A stretch of DNA of 59,284 nucleotides, filler included. It is 2 parts of 2 records of this genome, joined end to end, with 100 filler letters (N's around TTAATTAATTAA, not from the genome) between each part and the next. Parts side by side here need not be neighbours in the genome. Positions count along the whole stretch, not along the records: positions 31,886 to 59,284 come from SRR20825006_1297; 1 more part is not named here. One strand, 5' to 3'. A model generated the notes under the pieces. It ran no database searches, was not told where the DNA came from, and saw nothing but the letters and a program-made list of their open reading frames with translations. Every line of letters begins with the position of its first letter. Positions within the stretch are counted from its first letter, which is position 1. The translations under genes were made by a program, and so were the position numbers. Below, in pieces: positions 38,166 through 46,591 of the stretch.

Positions 38166-38284
38166 AACAAATGCTCGCGCATTTAATTTATCGCAGCCAC
38201 CATGCACACCATGCATAACCCGAAGGGCTTCCTCGAGAAGATGCGACAGAACCACGCGCGGCGCCCTCCTCACACGGACCCACC

Positions 38285-40975
38285 ATGACTCGCCTCCACG
38301 TCGATATCCAAGGCATGACCTGCGGTCATTGCACCAGCCGCGTCGAAAAAGCGCTCGCCAAACTCGAGGTGCTCTCCCACGTCGAGGTCGATCTCGAACA
38401 CCACAACGCTCGCGCCACGCTCGATGGTGAGCTCGACGAGCGCTTGCGCGAAGAGGTCACCGACGCCATCGAGTTCGCCGGATTCGATGTCTTGGATGTT
38501 CGCGAGGAGCCCGGGGGTGAGTCCGGGGAGGGGGACCGGCACGACGAACAAGATCAGAACGAGGATGTGTCCCCCTCCCCGGACTCACCCCCGGGCGACG
38601 AGCCAGCGCGGGTATCTTCAGATACCCGCGCCGCCGACAAGGAGAGCGCTGCTTCCACAGATCACGCCGAAGCGTTCGCCAAAACAGAAGGCAACCACGC
38701 CATCGAGATCGATGTGCGCGGGATGACATGTGCCTCGTGCGTGGCGCGTGTGGAGAAGGCGCTCGCTGGCTCAGATCGCGTCGCCAGCGCCTCGGTCAAC
38801 TACGCCACCGAGGTCGCCACCGTATATATCGAGCAACCTCCCGAGCAGGAGCAACTCGACGCCTTACGCGGACTGGTCGAGCAGGCAGGTTACGACGTCG
38901 AAGCGATCCGCATCCGAGACGAGGACGGCTCGGGGGCGCATGAAAGCTCGTCCACGTCAGCTTCTTCAGAATCACAGCGTTCGAAAAAGGAGGCGGCGAG
39001 CGAGCGGCGCGCGCGTGAAGCCCTCGCCTGGAAGAGTCGGTGGATGTGGGGCGTGGCGCTCACGCTCCCGATCATGCTCGCGCAGATGGGGCCGATGTGG
39101 TTCGACTTCTCGCTCATGGGCACCGCAGAGATCGGACGCCTCGCGTTGGTGGCTTACCTGACCGCGCTCGTGCTCGGCACGAGCGGGCGCCCTTTCTTCA
39201 AGGGCGCCATATCTGGGTTAAAGCACGGCTCTGTAAATATGGACACGTTGGTGGCCATGGGCGCAGGCGCGGCGTTTATCTCCTCGTTCATCTCGTTGAT
39301 TTTGCTCGCGGCAGGGTCTTCGCGCTCGCTGGGCATTCACTTTGACGGCGCGGCGATGATCGTGACCCTGATCGGGGTGGGCAAGTGGCTCGAAGCGCGC
39401 GCCAAGGGGGACGCGAGCAAGGCGCTCGAATCACTGCTCGCGCAGAGCGCGAGCAGTGCGCGCGTATGGCGCGGCGGACAGTGGCAAGAGATCGCCGTCG
39501 ATCAGGTCGAGCAAGGCGACAAGGTCTCGGTGCGCGCTGGCGAGAAGATCCCTGTGGATGCGACCGTGACCGAAGGCCGCGCGAGCATCGACGAATCGAT
39601 GATGACCGGCGAGCCGGTCCCCGTGACACGAGAGGAAGGGGACGAGGTCTTCGCCGGGACGCTCAACGTGGATGGCAACCTCGTATTGAAAGCCACGCGC
39701 GTCGCCTCGGAGTCGACGCTCGCGCAGATCGCCAGCGAGGTCGAGCGCGCACAGGCCGCGAAGGCAGACATCCAGCGCGTCGCAGACAAAATCTCTGGCG
39801 TGTTCGTTCCCGTGGTGTTGCTCGTCGCGCTTGTCACGTTTATCGGCTGGTGGATCTTCTCGGGTGATGTGGCGGCAGCAATTGTCCCAGCGGTGGCGGT
39901 GTTGGTCGTCGCGTGTCCCTGCGCGCTCGGCCTGGCGACGCCGACGGCGTTGCTCGTGGGGAGCTCGCGGGCGGCCTCGAAGGGGATCTTGCTTCGCGAC
40001 CCCGACGCGCTCGAGCGCGCCAAGAAGCTCGACGCGCTGATCTTTGACAAGACCGGCACGCTGACTCAGGGGAAGATGAGCCTTCGCGACATCGAATCGT
40101 GCGGCGAGGAGGAGGACAGAATTCTCGCTCTCGCCGCAGCGATGGAGGAAGGGAGCACGCACCCGATCGCCAAAGCGCTGACTCAGGCTGCGCTCGAGCG
40201 CAGCCTGGAAAATGCGGGACCGATCGAGGACTTCGAATCCTTCGCGGGGCACGGCATCGGCGCCACGATCGATGGCGAGCGATACTGGCTCGGAGAGGCG
40301 ACCTGGGTGGTGGAGAAGGTCGGCGAGAGCGCGATCGACGAGGAGCGCCTCGCCGCGCTAAACGCGGCGGAGGCATCGCCGCATACGACCATCACTTTGG
40401 GCGCCAGGAATCAGCTCCTCGGGTGGTTCACGCTGGAGGATGCGCTCAAGGATTCGGCGCGCGAGGTGGTCTCCAGGCTGCAAGAACGCGGCGTCGAGAT
40501 CTGGATGATCACGGGCGATGCGCAGGGGAGCGCGGAGCATGTCGCGGGACAGCTCGGCATCGCCCCGGAGCATGTGCGCGCCAGGGTCAAGCCGCAGGAG
40601 AAATCGAGCGCGGTGCGCGAGCTTCAGGAGAAGGGACACGCCGTCGGCATGGTCGGCGATGGGATCAACGACGCCGCCGCGCTCGCGGCGGCGGATCTGG
40701 GCATCGCGATCGGCGCGGGCGCCGACGTGGCGCTCGAGGCGGCTGATATCGTGCTCGTCTCCGAGGAGCTCGCGACGGTGGTGCGCGCCATCGACATCGC
40801 GCGCACCACGCACGGGAGGATTCGTCAGAATCTTTTCTGGGCGTTCTTCTACAACCTGGCGCTGATTCCGATCGCCGCGCTGGGGTGGTTGATCCCGGCG
40901 ATGGCGGCTGGCGCGATGGCACTCTCGAGCGTCTCGGTCGTGACAAACTCGCTCAGGCCACATCGCATCGAGTGA
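38285..40975 (+). CDS. copA: Cu(I)-translocating P1B-type ATPase
   Basis: Two HMA domains (GMTCGHC, GMTCASC); TGEP, CPC, DKTGT, HP, GDGIND, YN and MxxSS motifs. Confidence 0.93.
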   Translation: MTRLHVDIQGMTCGHCTSRVEKALAKLEVLSHVEVDLEHHNARATLDGELDERLREEVTDAIEFAGFDVLDVREEPGGESGEGDRHDEQDQNEDVSPSPDSPPGDEPARVSSDTRAADKESAASTDHAEAFAKTEGNHAIEIDVRGMTCASCVARVEKALAGSDRVASASVNYATEVATVYIEQPPEQEQLDALRGLVEQAGYDVEAIRIRDEDGSGAHESSSTSASSESQRSKKEAASERRAREALAWKSRWMWGVALTLPIMLAQMGPMWFDFSLMGTAEIGRLALVAYLTALVLGTSGRPFFKGAISGLKHGSVNMDTLVAMGAGAAFISSFISLILLAAGSSRSLGIHFDGAAMIVTLIGVGKWLEARAKGDASKALESLLAQSASSARVWRGGQWQEIAVDQVEQGDKVSVRAGEKIPVDATVTEGRASIDESMMTGEPVPVTREEGDEVFAGTLNVDGNLVLKATRVASESTLAQIASEVERAQAAKADIQRVADKISGVFVPVVLLVALVTFIGWWIFSGDVAAAIVPAVAVLVVACPCALGLATPTALLVGSSRAASKGILLRDPDALERAKKLDALIFDKTGTLTQGKMSLRDIESCGEEEDRILALAAAMEEGSTHPIAKALTQAALERSLENAGPIEDFESFAGHGIGATIDGERYWLGEATWVVEKVGESAIDEERLAALNAAEASPHTTITLGARNQLLGWFTLEDALKDSAREVVSRLQERGVEIWMITGDAQGSAEHVAGQLGIAPEHVRARVKPQEKSSAVRELQEKGHAVGMVGDGINDAAALAAADLGIAIGAGADVALEAADIVLVSEELATVVRAIDIARTTHGRIRQNLFWAFFYNLALIPIAALGWLIPAMAAGAMALSSVSVVTNSLRPHRIE

Positions 40976-41188
40976 GGATTCATGCGGCATAACGCGTGGT
41001 TGGGGTTGTCGATTGATCTGGGCAAATCGGCGTGATAGGACTTGCGAGTCTTCAGAGGAGAGGGCGGAAATTCTGCGAATTATGGCGTGAGATTCACGCG
41101 ATGATGACGCGACAGGCTCATCCTCTCCTCGCTTCGCGAGTTTCCATTCACGCGTGTGAACGCACGCCCAGACGGGTTCGACCTCTCC

Positions 41189-42196
41189 ATGACGAATGCA
41201 CGATATGTGATCACGGGCGGCGCTGGTTTCATTGGCGCCAATCTCGTGCGACACCTGCTCGAACACGCCCCACAAGCCGAACTGACCGTCGTCGACAAGC
41301 TGACCTACGCGGGCAACCTCGCTTACCTCGAGGATGTCTCCGATCAGATCCGCTTCGTCGAGGCCGACATCGCGGACATGGAGGCGATGACCGCGCTCTT
41401 TAACGAGGTCAAACCGACGGGCATCTTCCACCTCGCGGCAGAATCACACGTCGACCGCAGCATCACTGGACCTGCGGCGTTCATTCAGTCGAACATCGTG
41501 GGGACCTTCACGTTGCTCGAGTGCGCGCGAAAGCTGTGGCTCGACGACGAGAACGAGGTCACCGGCCGTTTCTTGCACGTCTCGACCGATGAGGTCTACG
41601 GCTCGCTAGGGCCAGAGGGCGCCTTCACCGAGGAGACCCCTTACGATCCTTCGAGCCCTTACTCCGCGAGCAAGGCCGCCAGCGATCACCTCGTGCGCGC
41701 CTACGAGCGCACCTACGGGCTCGACGCCGTGATCACGAACTGCTCGAACAACTTTGGCCCCTATCAATACCCCGAGAAGTTGATCCCCGTGATCATCCGC
41801 AACATCCGCGACCAGAAGCCGCTGCCGGTGTATGGCGATGGGATGAACGTGCGCGATTGGCTCTACGTCGAGGATCACTGCCGCGCCATCAGCGCCGTGT
41901 TCGATCGCGGCGAGAAGGGGCGCTCGTACAACATCGGGACCGAGAACGAGTGGACCAACATCGGTCTGGTTCGCCTGCTCTGTGATCTGGTCGACAAGGA
42001 GCTTGGCCGAGAGACCTCCTCGCAGGAGCTGATCACGTTTGTCACCGATCGCCCCGGGCACGACCGCCGCTACGCGATCGACCCGAGCAGGATCCGCGAC
42101 GAGCTCGGCTGGGAGCCACAACGCGACTTCGAAGAGGGGATCGCGTTCACGGTCCGCTGGTATCTCGAGAACCTGGAGACGCTCTGGAATGTGTGA
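41189..42196 (+). CDS. rfbB: dTDP-glucose 4,6-dehydratase
   Basis: TGGAGFIG, DKLTYAGN, AAESHVDRSI, STDEVYG, YSASK and DRPGHDRRYA motifs. Confidence 0.97.
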   Translation: MTNARYVITGGAGFIGANLVRHLLEHAPQAELTVVDKLTYAGNLAYLEDVSDQIRFVEADIADMEAMTALFNEVKPTGIFHLAAESHVDRSITGPAAFIQSNIVGTFTLLECARKLWLDDENEVTGRFLHVSTDEVYGSLGPEGAFTEETPYDPSSPYSASKAASDHLVRAYERTYGLDAVITNCSNNFGPYQYPEKLIPVIIRNIRDQKPLPVYGDGMNVRDWLYVEDHCRAISAVFDRGEKGRSYNIGTENEWTNIGLVRLLCDLVDKELGRETSSQELITFVTDRPGHDRRYAIDPSRIRDELGWEPQRDFEEGIAFTVRWYLENLETLWNV

Positions 42197-42295
42197 GCCA
42201 CGTCGTGGCGCACGCTCCATTCATTTAACGCGAGGCGACGCTGATTCTCCGTTCGAGAACAGCGAGACAGCCTCGACACGCACGAGAGTTCACGC

Positions 42296-43015
42296 ATGAA
42301 AGGGATCATCCTCGCAGGCGGGACGGGCAGCAGGCTCTTCCCATTGACCAAGGTCACCAACAAGCACCTCTTGCCCGTGGGCAAGAAGCCGATGCTGCTC
42401 CACCCGGTCGAGAAACTCACCGAGGCGGGCATCGAGCAGATCCTCATCATCACGGGCACCGAGCACATGGGAGATGTGGTCGGGCTGCTCGGCAGCGGCC
42501 GCGAGTACGGCTGTCAGTTCACCTTCCGCGTTCAGGATGAGGCGGGCGGGATCGCGCAGGCGCTCGGGTTGGCCGAGAACTTCGCCGGTGACGAGGACAT
42601 CGTCGTCCTGCTCGGCGACAACATCTTCGAGGACTCGATCGCCGAGGATGTGCGCCGCTTCCGCGAGCAAGCCGAGGGCGCGCGCGTCCTGCTCAAAGAG
42701 GTCCACGACCCGGGCCGCTACGGCGTCGCTCGCGTCGACGGCGATCAGGTCGTCGAGATTCTGGAGAAGCCAAAGAATCCGCCGAGCAACCTCGCCGTCA
42801 CCGGCATCTACTTCTACGACAACAACGTCTTCGAGATCATCCGCACGCTGGAGCCTTCGGCGCGCGGCGAGTACGAGATCACGGACGTGAACAACTCTTA
42901 TATCGAGCGCGGCGTGATGACCTTCGGGCGCTTCGAAGGTTGGTGGACGGACGCGGGGACCTTCCCCTCGTACCACCACGCGAACAAGCTCGTCTCCGAA
43001 TCGGAAGCGAAGTAA
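42296..43015 (+). CDS. rfbA: Glucose-1-phosphate thymidylyltransferase (short form)
   Basis: GIILAGGTGSRLFPLT, LGDN, EKP, RGEYEITD and WTDAGT motifs. Confidence 0.92.
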   Translation: MKGIILAGGTGSRLFPLTKVTNKHLLPVGKKPMLLHPVEKLTEAGIEQILIITGTEHMGDVVGLLGSGREYGCQFTFRVQDEAGGIAQALGLAENFAGDEDIVVLLGDNIFEDSIAEDVRRFREQAEGARVLLKEVHDPGRYGVARVDGDQVVEILEKPKNPPSNLAVTGIYFYDNNVFEIIRTLEPSARGEYEITDVNNSYIERGVMTFGRFEGWWTDAGTFPSYHHANKLVSESEAK

Positions 43016-43052
43016 GCAACCCCACAGATCCTATCAAGTAAGGGAGCCCAAG

Positions 43053-43541
43053 GTGGCAGAGGAACGCGAGTTTACAAGAGGGAAGATCGAGGACGTTCAG
43101 ATCCGCCCGATCAAGAAGTTCGTCGACGATCGCGGCTGGCTGGCCGAGCTCTGGCGCACGGACAACGTGGACGACAAGATCCGCCCTGTGATGACCTACG
43201 TCTCACAAACCGAGCCCGGTGTGGTGCGCGGCCCGCACGAGCACGTCGCGCAGACGGACTACTTCGTCTTTTTGGGGCCTGGCAACTTCAAGCTCTACCT
43301 GTGGGACAACCGCGAGGACTCCCCCACGTTCAACGTCTTCCAGACGTTCGTCGTGGGCCAGGACTCTCCGGCAGCGGTCGTGATCCCCGAAGGCATCGTG
43401 CACGCGTACAAGAACGTGAGCTCGCTCCCTGGCGTGGTGATCAACTGCCCCAACGCGCTCTACGCTGGTGAGAATTACAGCGAAGAGGTCGACGAGATCC
43501 GCCACGAAGCTGATCCCGACTCTCCATTTATTGTCGACTGA
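43053..43541 (+). CDS. rfbC: dTDP-4-dehydrorhamnose 3,5-epimerase family protein
   Basis: DDRGWL.E, VVRGPHEH, D.REDSPTF and IP.GIVHAY motifs. Confidence 0.88.
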   Translation: MAEEREFTRGKIEDVQIRPIKKFVDDRGWLAELWRTDNVDDKIRPVMTYVSQTEPGVVRGPHEHVAQTDYFVFLGPGNFKLYLWDNREDSPTFNVFQTFVVGQDSPAAVVIPEGIVHAYKNVSSLPGVVINCPNALYAGENYSEEVDEIRHEADPDSPFIVD

Positions 43542-43557
43542 CAAGACCGAGCGCGCC

Positions 43558-44721
43558 ATGCCCCGCCTCGTCCATATCACTACCGTCCCCAAGTCGTTCC
43601 TCTTCTTGCGGGATCAGATCCGTTACGTCCGCGAGCAAGGCTTCGAGGTCAGCGCGATCACCTCGCCAGGGCCAGAGCTCGAGCGCTTCTCGCGCGAGCT
43701 GGACCTGGAGATCGTGCCGATCGAGATGCCGCGAAGGATCTCTCCGCTGGAGGATCTCGAGGCGCTGTTTCGCATCGCCAAAGCGCTGCGCGAGCTCTCG
43801 CCAGACATCGTCCACGCGCACACCCCCAAGGGGGGACTGCTCGGGATGATGGGCGCCACGCTCGCCGGGATCGATCACCGCGTCTACCACATGCGCGGCT
43901 TGCCGATGATGACCGCCACGGGCGCCAAGCGCGAGCTGCTAAAGTGGACCGAGCGCGTCTCCTGCGGCCTGGCGCACAGGACGATCGCGGTCAGTCACTC
44001 GCTGCGCAATGTGGCGATCGACGAGCACCTCACGCCAGCGCGCAAGATCCACGTCATGCTCGGGGGGAGCGGCCAGGGGGTCGAGGCAAAGCAGCGCTTT
44101 GCTCCCGAGAGATACCCCGACGCGCGCCAGCAAATCCGCGACGAACAGGGCATCCCACAGGATGCATTGGTTTTGGGGTTCATCGGCAGGTTGGTGCGCG
44201 ACAAGGGGATCATCGAGTTGGCGACAGCCTGGGAGACCTTGCGCGCGCGCTACCCCGAAGCACACCTGTTGATCGTGGGTCCCTTCGAGGAGCGCGATCC
44301 TGTGCCACAGCAGACGCGTGCATTGCTCGAGGAAGATCCGCGCGTGCACATGCTCGGGTGGCAATCCGAGACGGCGCCGTTTTATCGCGCGATGGATCTC
44401 GTCACGCTGCCGAGCTATCGCGAGGGCTTCCCCAACGTGCCGCTCGAAGCGGCCGCGATGGAGCTGCCCGTGATTTCGACGCTGGTTCCCGGTTGCGTCG
44501 ACGCGGTGGACGATGGCACAACAGGCGCCCTCGTGCCTGCGGGCGACGCCAGCGCGCTGACCGAAGCGCTCGACGCCTACATGCGCGATCCAGAGAAACG
44601 CCAGGCACACGGGAAGGCAGGACGCCGGCGCGTCCTCGATCAATTCGACCCGATCAAGATCTTCGCGGCGATCCACGAAGAGATTTACCTGGAGTTGCTC
44701 GACTCCAACGACCGAGCGTGA
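43558..44721 (+). CDS. Glycosyltransferase family 4 (CapM/PglA-like)
   Basis: HAHTPKGGLLG, FIGRLVRDKG and LPSYREGFPNVPLEAAAM motifs. Confidence 0.93.
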   Translation: MPRLVHITTVPKSFLFLRDQIRYVREQGFEVSAITSPGPELERFSRELDLEIVPIEMPRRISPLEDLEALFRIAKALRELSPDIVHAHTPKGGLLGMMGATLAGIDHRVYHMRGLPMMTATGAKRELLKWTERVSCGLAHRTIAVSHSLRNVAIDEHLTPARKIHVMLGGSGQGVEAKQRFAPERYPDARQQIRDEQGIPQDALVLGFIGRLVRDKGIIELATAWETLRARYPEAHLLIVGPFEERDPVPQQTRALLEEDPRVHMLGWQSETAPFYRAMDLVTLPSYREGFPNVPLEAAAMELPVISTLVPGCVDAVDDGTTGALVPAGDASALTEALDAYMRDPEKRQAHGKAGRRRVLDQFDPIKIFAAIHEEIYLELLDSNDRA

Positions 44722-44725
44722 CCGA

Positions 44726-46591
44726 ATGAGTGATTCGACAACCAAGAACATCGAGGAGCTCTCGCTCTTTCGAAAGATGCTCATGCTCTTCGAGACGACG
44801 GATCGGCGGTGGCTGCTGTTGATGTTGGCCTCGATGATCCTGAGCGCGGGCTTCGAGGCGCTCGGCGTGGGCCTGATCATGCCGCTGTTGGCGGCGATCA
44901 GCGCCCCCGAGAAGCTGGCCGAGTACCAGCTCTATCAATGGTGGGCGGACACCTACGGCGTCCCCGAGCGCGAGAACGTGCTGCTGGTGACATGCGGCAT
45001 GTTGCTGCTCGTCTACATCGTCAAGAACAGCTACCTGCTCGGGCACAAGTACTTCAGCTACGCGTTTATCTTCGATCGCCAGGTGCGGTTCTCGAACCGA
45101 CTGCTGCGCTCGTACATGAACCAGGATTACGAGTTTCACCTCCAGCGAAACTCCTCGACGCTGCTGCGCACGATCAACGAAGAGGTCCGCCTCGCGTTCA
45201 CGAGCGTCCTGGCGCCGATGATGAACGTGATGGTCGAGATGCTCGTCGCGCTCGCCATCATCGGGCTCTTGCTGGTCGTCGAGCCGCTGGTTTCGATCAT
45301 CACCTTCACCGTGTTCGCCCTGATCGCTGGCATCTTCCTGAAGTACGCGCGTCGCAAGGCGCATCAGTATGGCAAGGCGCAGCAGCTCCACGCGCGCGAG
45401 ATGATCAAGTGGGTGCAGCAAGGTCTTGGCGGGATCAAGGAGATCAAGGTCCTGCGCCGCGAGCCCTACTTCATCGACCACTACACCGAGAGCAGCCGAG
45501 GATTCGCTGACGCGATCCGCGCGCACCGCGTCATGACCGAGGTCCCCAGGGCGCTCATCGAGACCGTGGGCATCGGCGTGATGTTGTTGTTGACGGCGCT
45601 GATGCTCGGCAAGGGCGAGGACGCCGGAGCGGTGTTGCCAGTGCTCGGGCTGTTCGGGCTGGCGGCGGTCAGGATGATGCCTTCGATGAACCGCACGGTG
45701 ACGCTGCTCGCCATCGCGCGAGGTTACGTGCACGCACTCGACGGCGTCCTGGAGCACCTCGAGGACGCGCACTCCCCGAACGCGATGAACGATCAGGCCG
45801 CAAAGGAGGTCCGCGAGCCGTTCACCGAGCCGCTCGTGTTGTCCGACCTGAAGTTCTCCTACACCGAGGGAGAGCCTGTCTTGAACGGCCTCTCGCTGGA
45901 GATCGCGCCGGGCGAAGTCATCGGTTTCGTGGGCTCTTCGGGCGCAGGCAAGAGCACGCTGGTCAACATCATCCTCGGGCTGCTCCAACCTTCGAGCGGG
46001 ACGCTGATGTTGGGTGATAAATCACTGGCAGAAGTTCTCCCATCGTGGCAGCGCAACTGCGGTTACATCTCGCAGCCGACCTACCTTTGCGATGACACGA
46101 TCCGGCGTAACATCGCGCTCGGCGTGCCCGACGAGGAGATCTCGGACGAGCAGGTCTGGAGGGTCCTCGAGATGGCGGTGCTAAACGAGTTCATCGCCTC
46201 GTTGCCCGAGGGGTTAGACACGTTTGTCGGCGAGCAAGGGGTACGTCTTTCCGGTGGTCAGCGACAACGCATCGGGATCGCCAGAGCGCTCTATCACAAC
46301 CCGGATATCCTGGTGCTCGACGAGGCGACCTCGTCGCTCGACAACCGCACCGAGCGCGAGATCTCGGACGCCATCCACGCGCTCGGTCAGGACAAGACGA
46401 TCCTGATCATCGCGCACCGCCTCTCGACGGTTCGCCACTGCAACCGCATCTTCTATTTGGCCGATGGTCAGGTGGAGGCGGAAGGAACCTACGAGGAGTT
46501 GGTCGAGAACAACGAGAAGTTCCGCGACCTGGTGACCGCGTGGGAGCGCCCCGAAGAGGTCACGGAGCAGGTCGACGACATTTCTGCTTGA
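44726..46591 (+). CDS. ABC transporter, PglK/HetA-like glycolipid flippase
   Basis: Fused TM + [44 protein letters not shown] and LDEATSSLD motifs. Confidence 0.88.
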   Translation: MSDSTTKNIEELSLFRKMLMLFETTDRRWLLLMLASMILSAGFEALGVGLIMPLLAAISAPEKLAEYQLYQWWADTYGVPERENVLLVTCGMLLLVYIVKNSYLLGHKYFSYAFIFDRQVRFSNRLLRSYMNQDYEFHLQRNSSTLLRTINEEVRLAFTSVLAPMMNVMVEMLVALAIIGLLLVVEPLVSIITFTVFALIAGIFLKYARRKAHQYGKAQQLHAREMIKWVQQGLGGIKEIKVLRREPYFIDHYTESSRGFADAIRAHRVMTEVPRALIETVGIGVMLLLTALMLGKGEDAGAVLPVLGLFGLAAVRMMPSMNRTVTLLAIARGYVHALDGVLEHLEDAHSPNAMNDQAAKEVREPFTEPLVLSDLKFSYTEGEPVLNGLSLEIAPGEVIGFVGSSGAGKSTLVNIILGLLQPSSGTLMLGDKSLAEVLPSWQRNCGYISQPTYLCDDTIRRNIALGVPDEEISDEQVWRVLEMAVLNEFIASLPEGLDTFVGEQGVRLSGGQRQRIGIARALYHNPDILVLDEATSSLDNRTEREISDAIHALGQDKTILIIAHRLSTVRHCNRIFYLADGQVEAEGTYEELVENNEKFRDLVTAWERPEEVTEQVDDISA

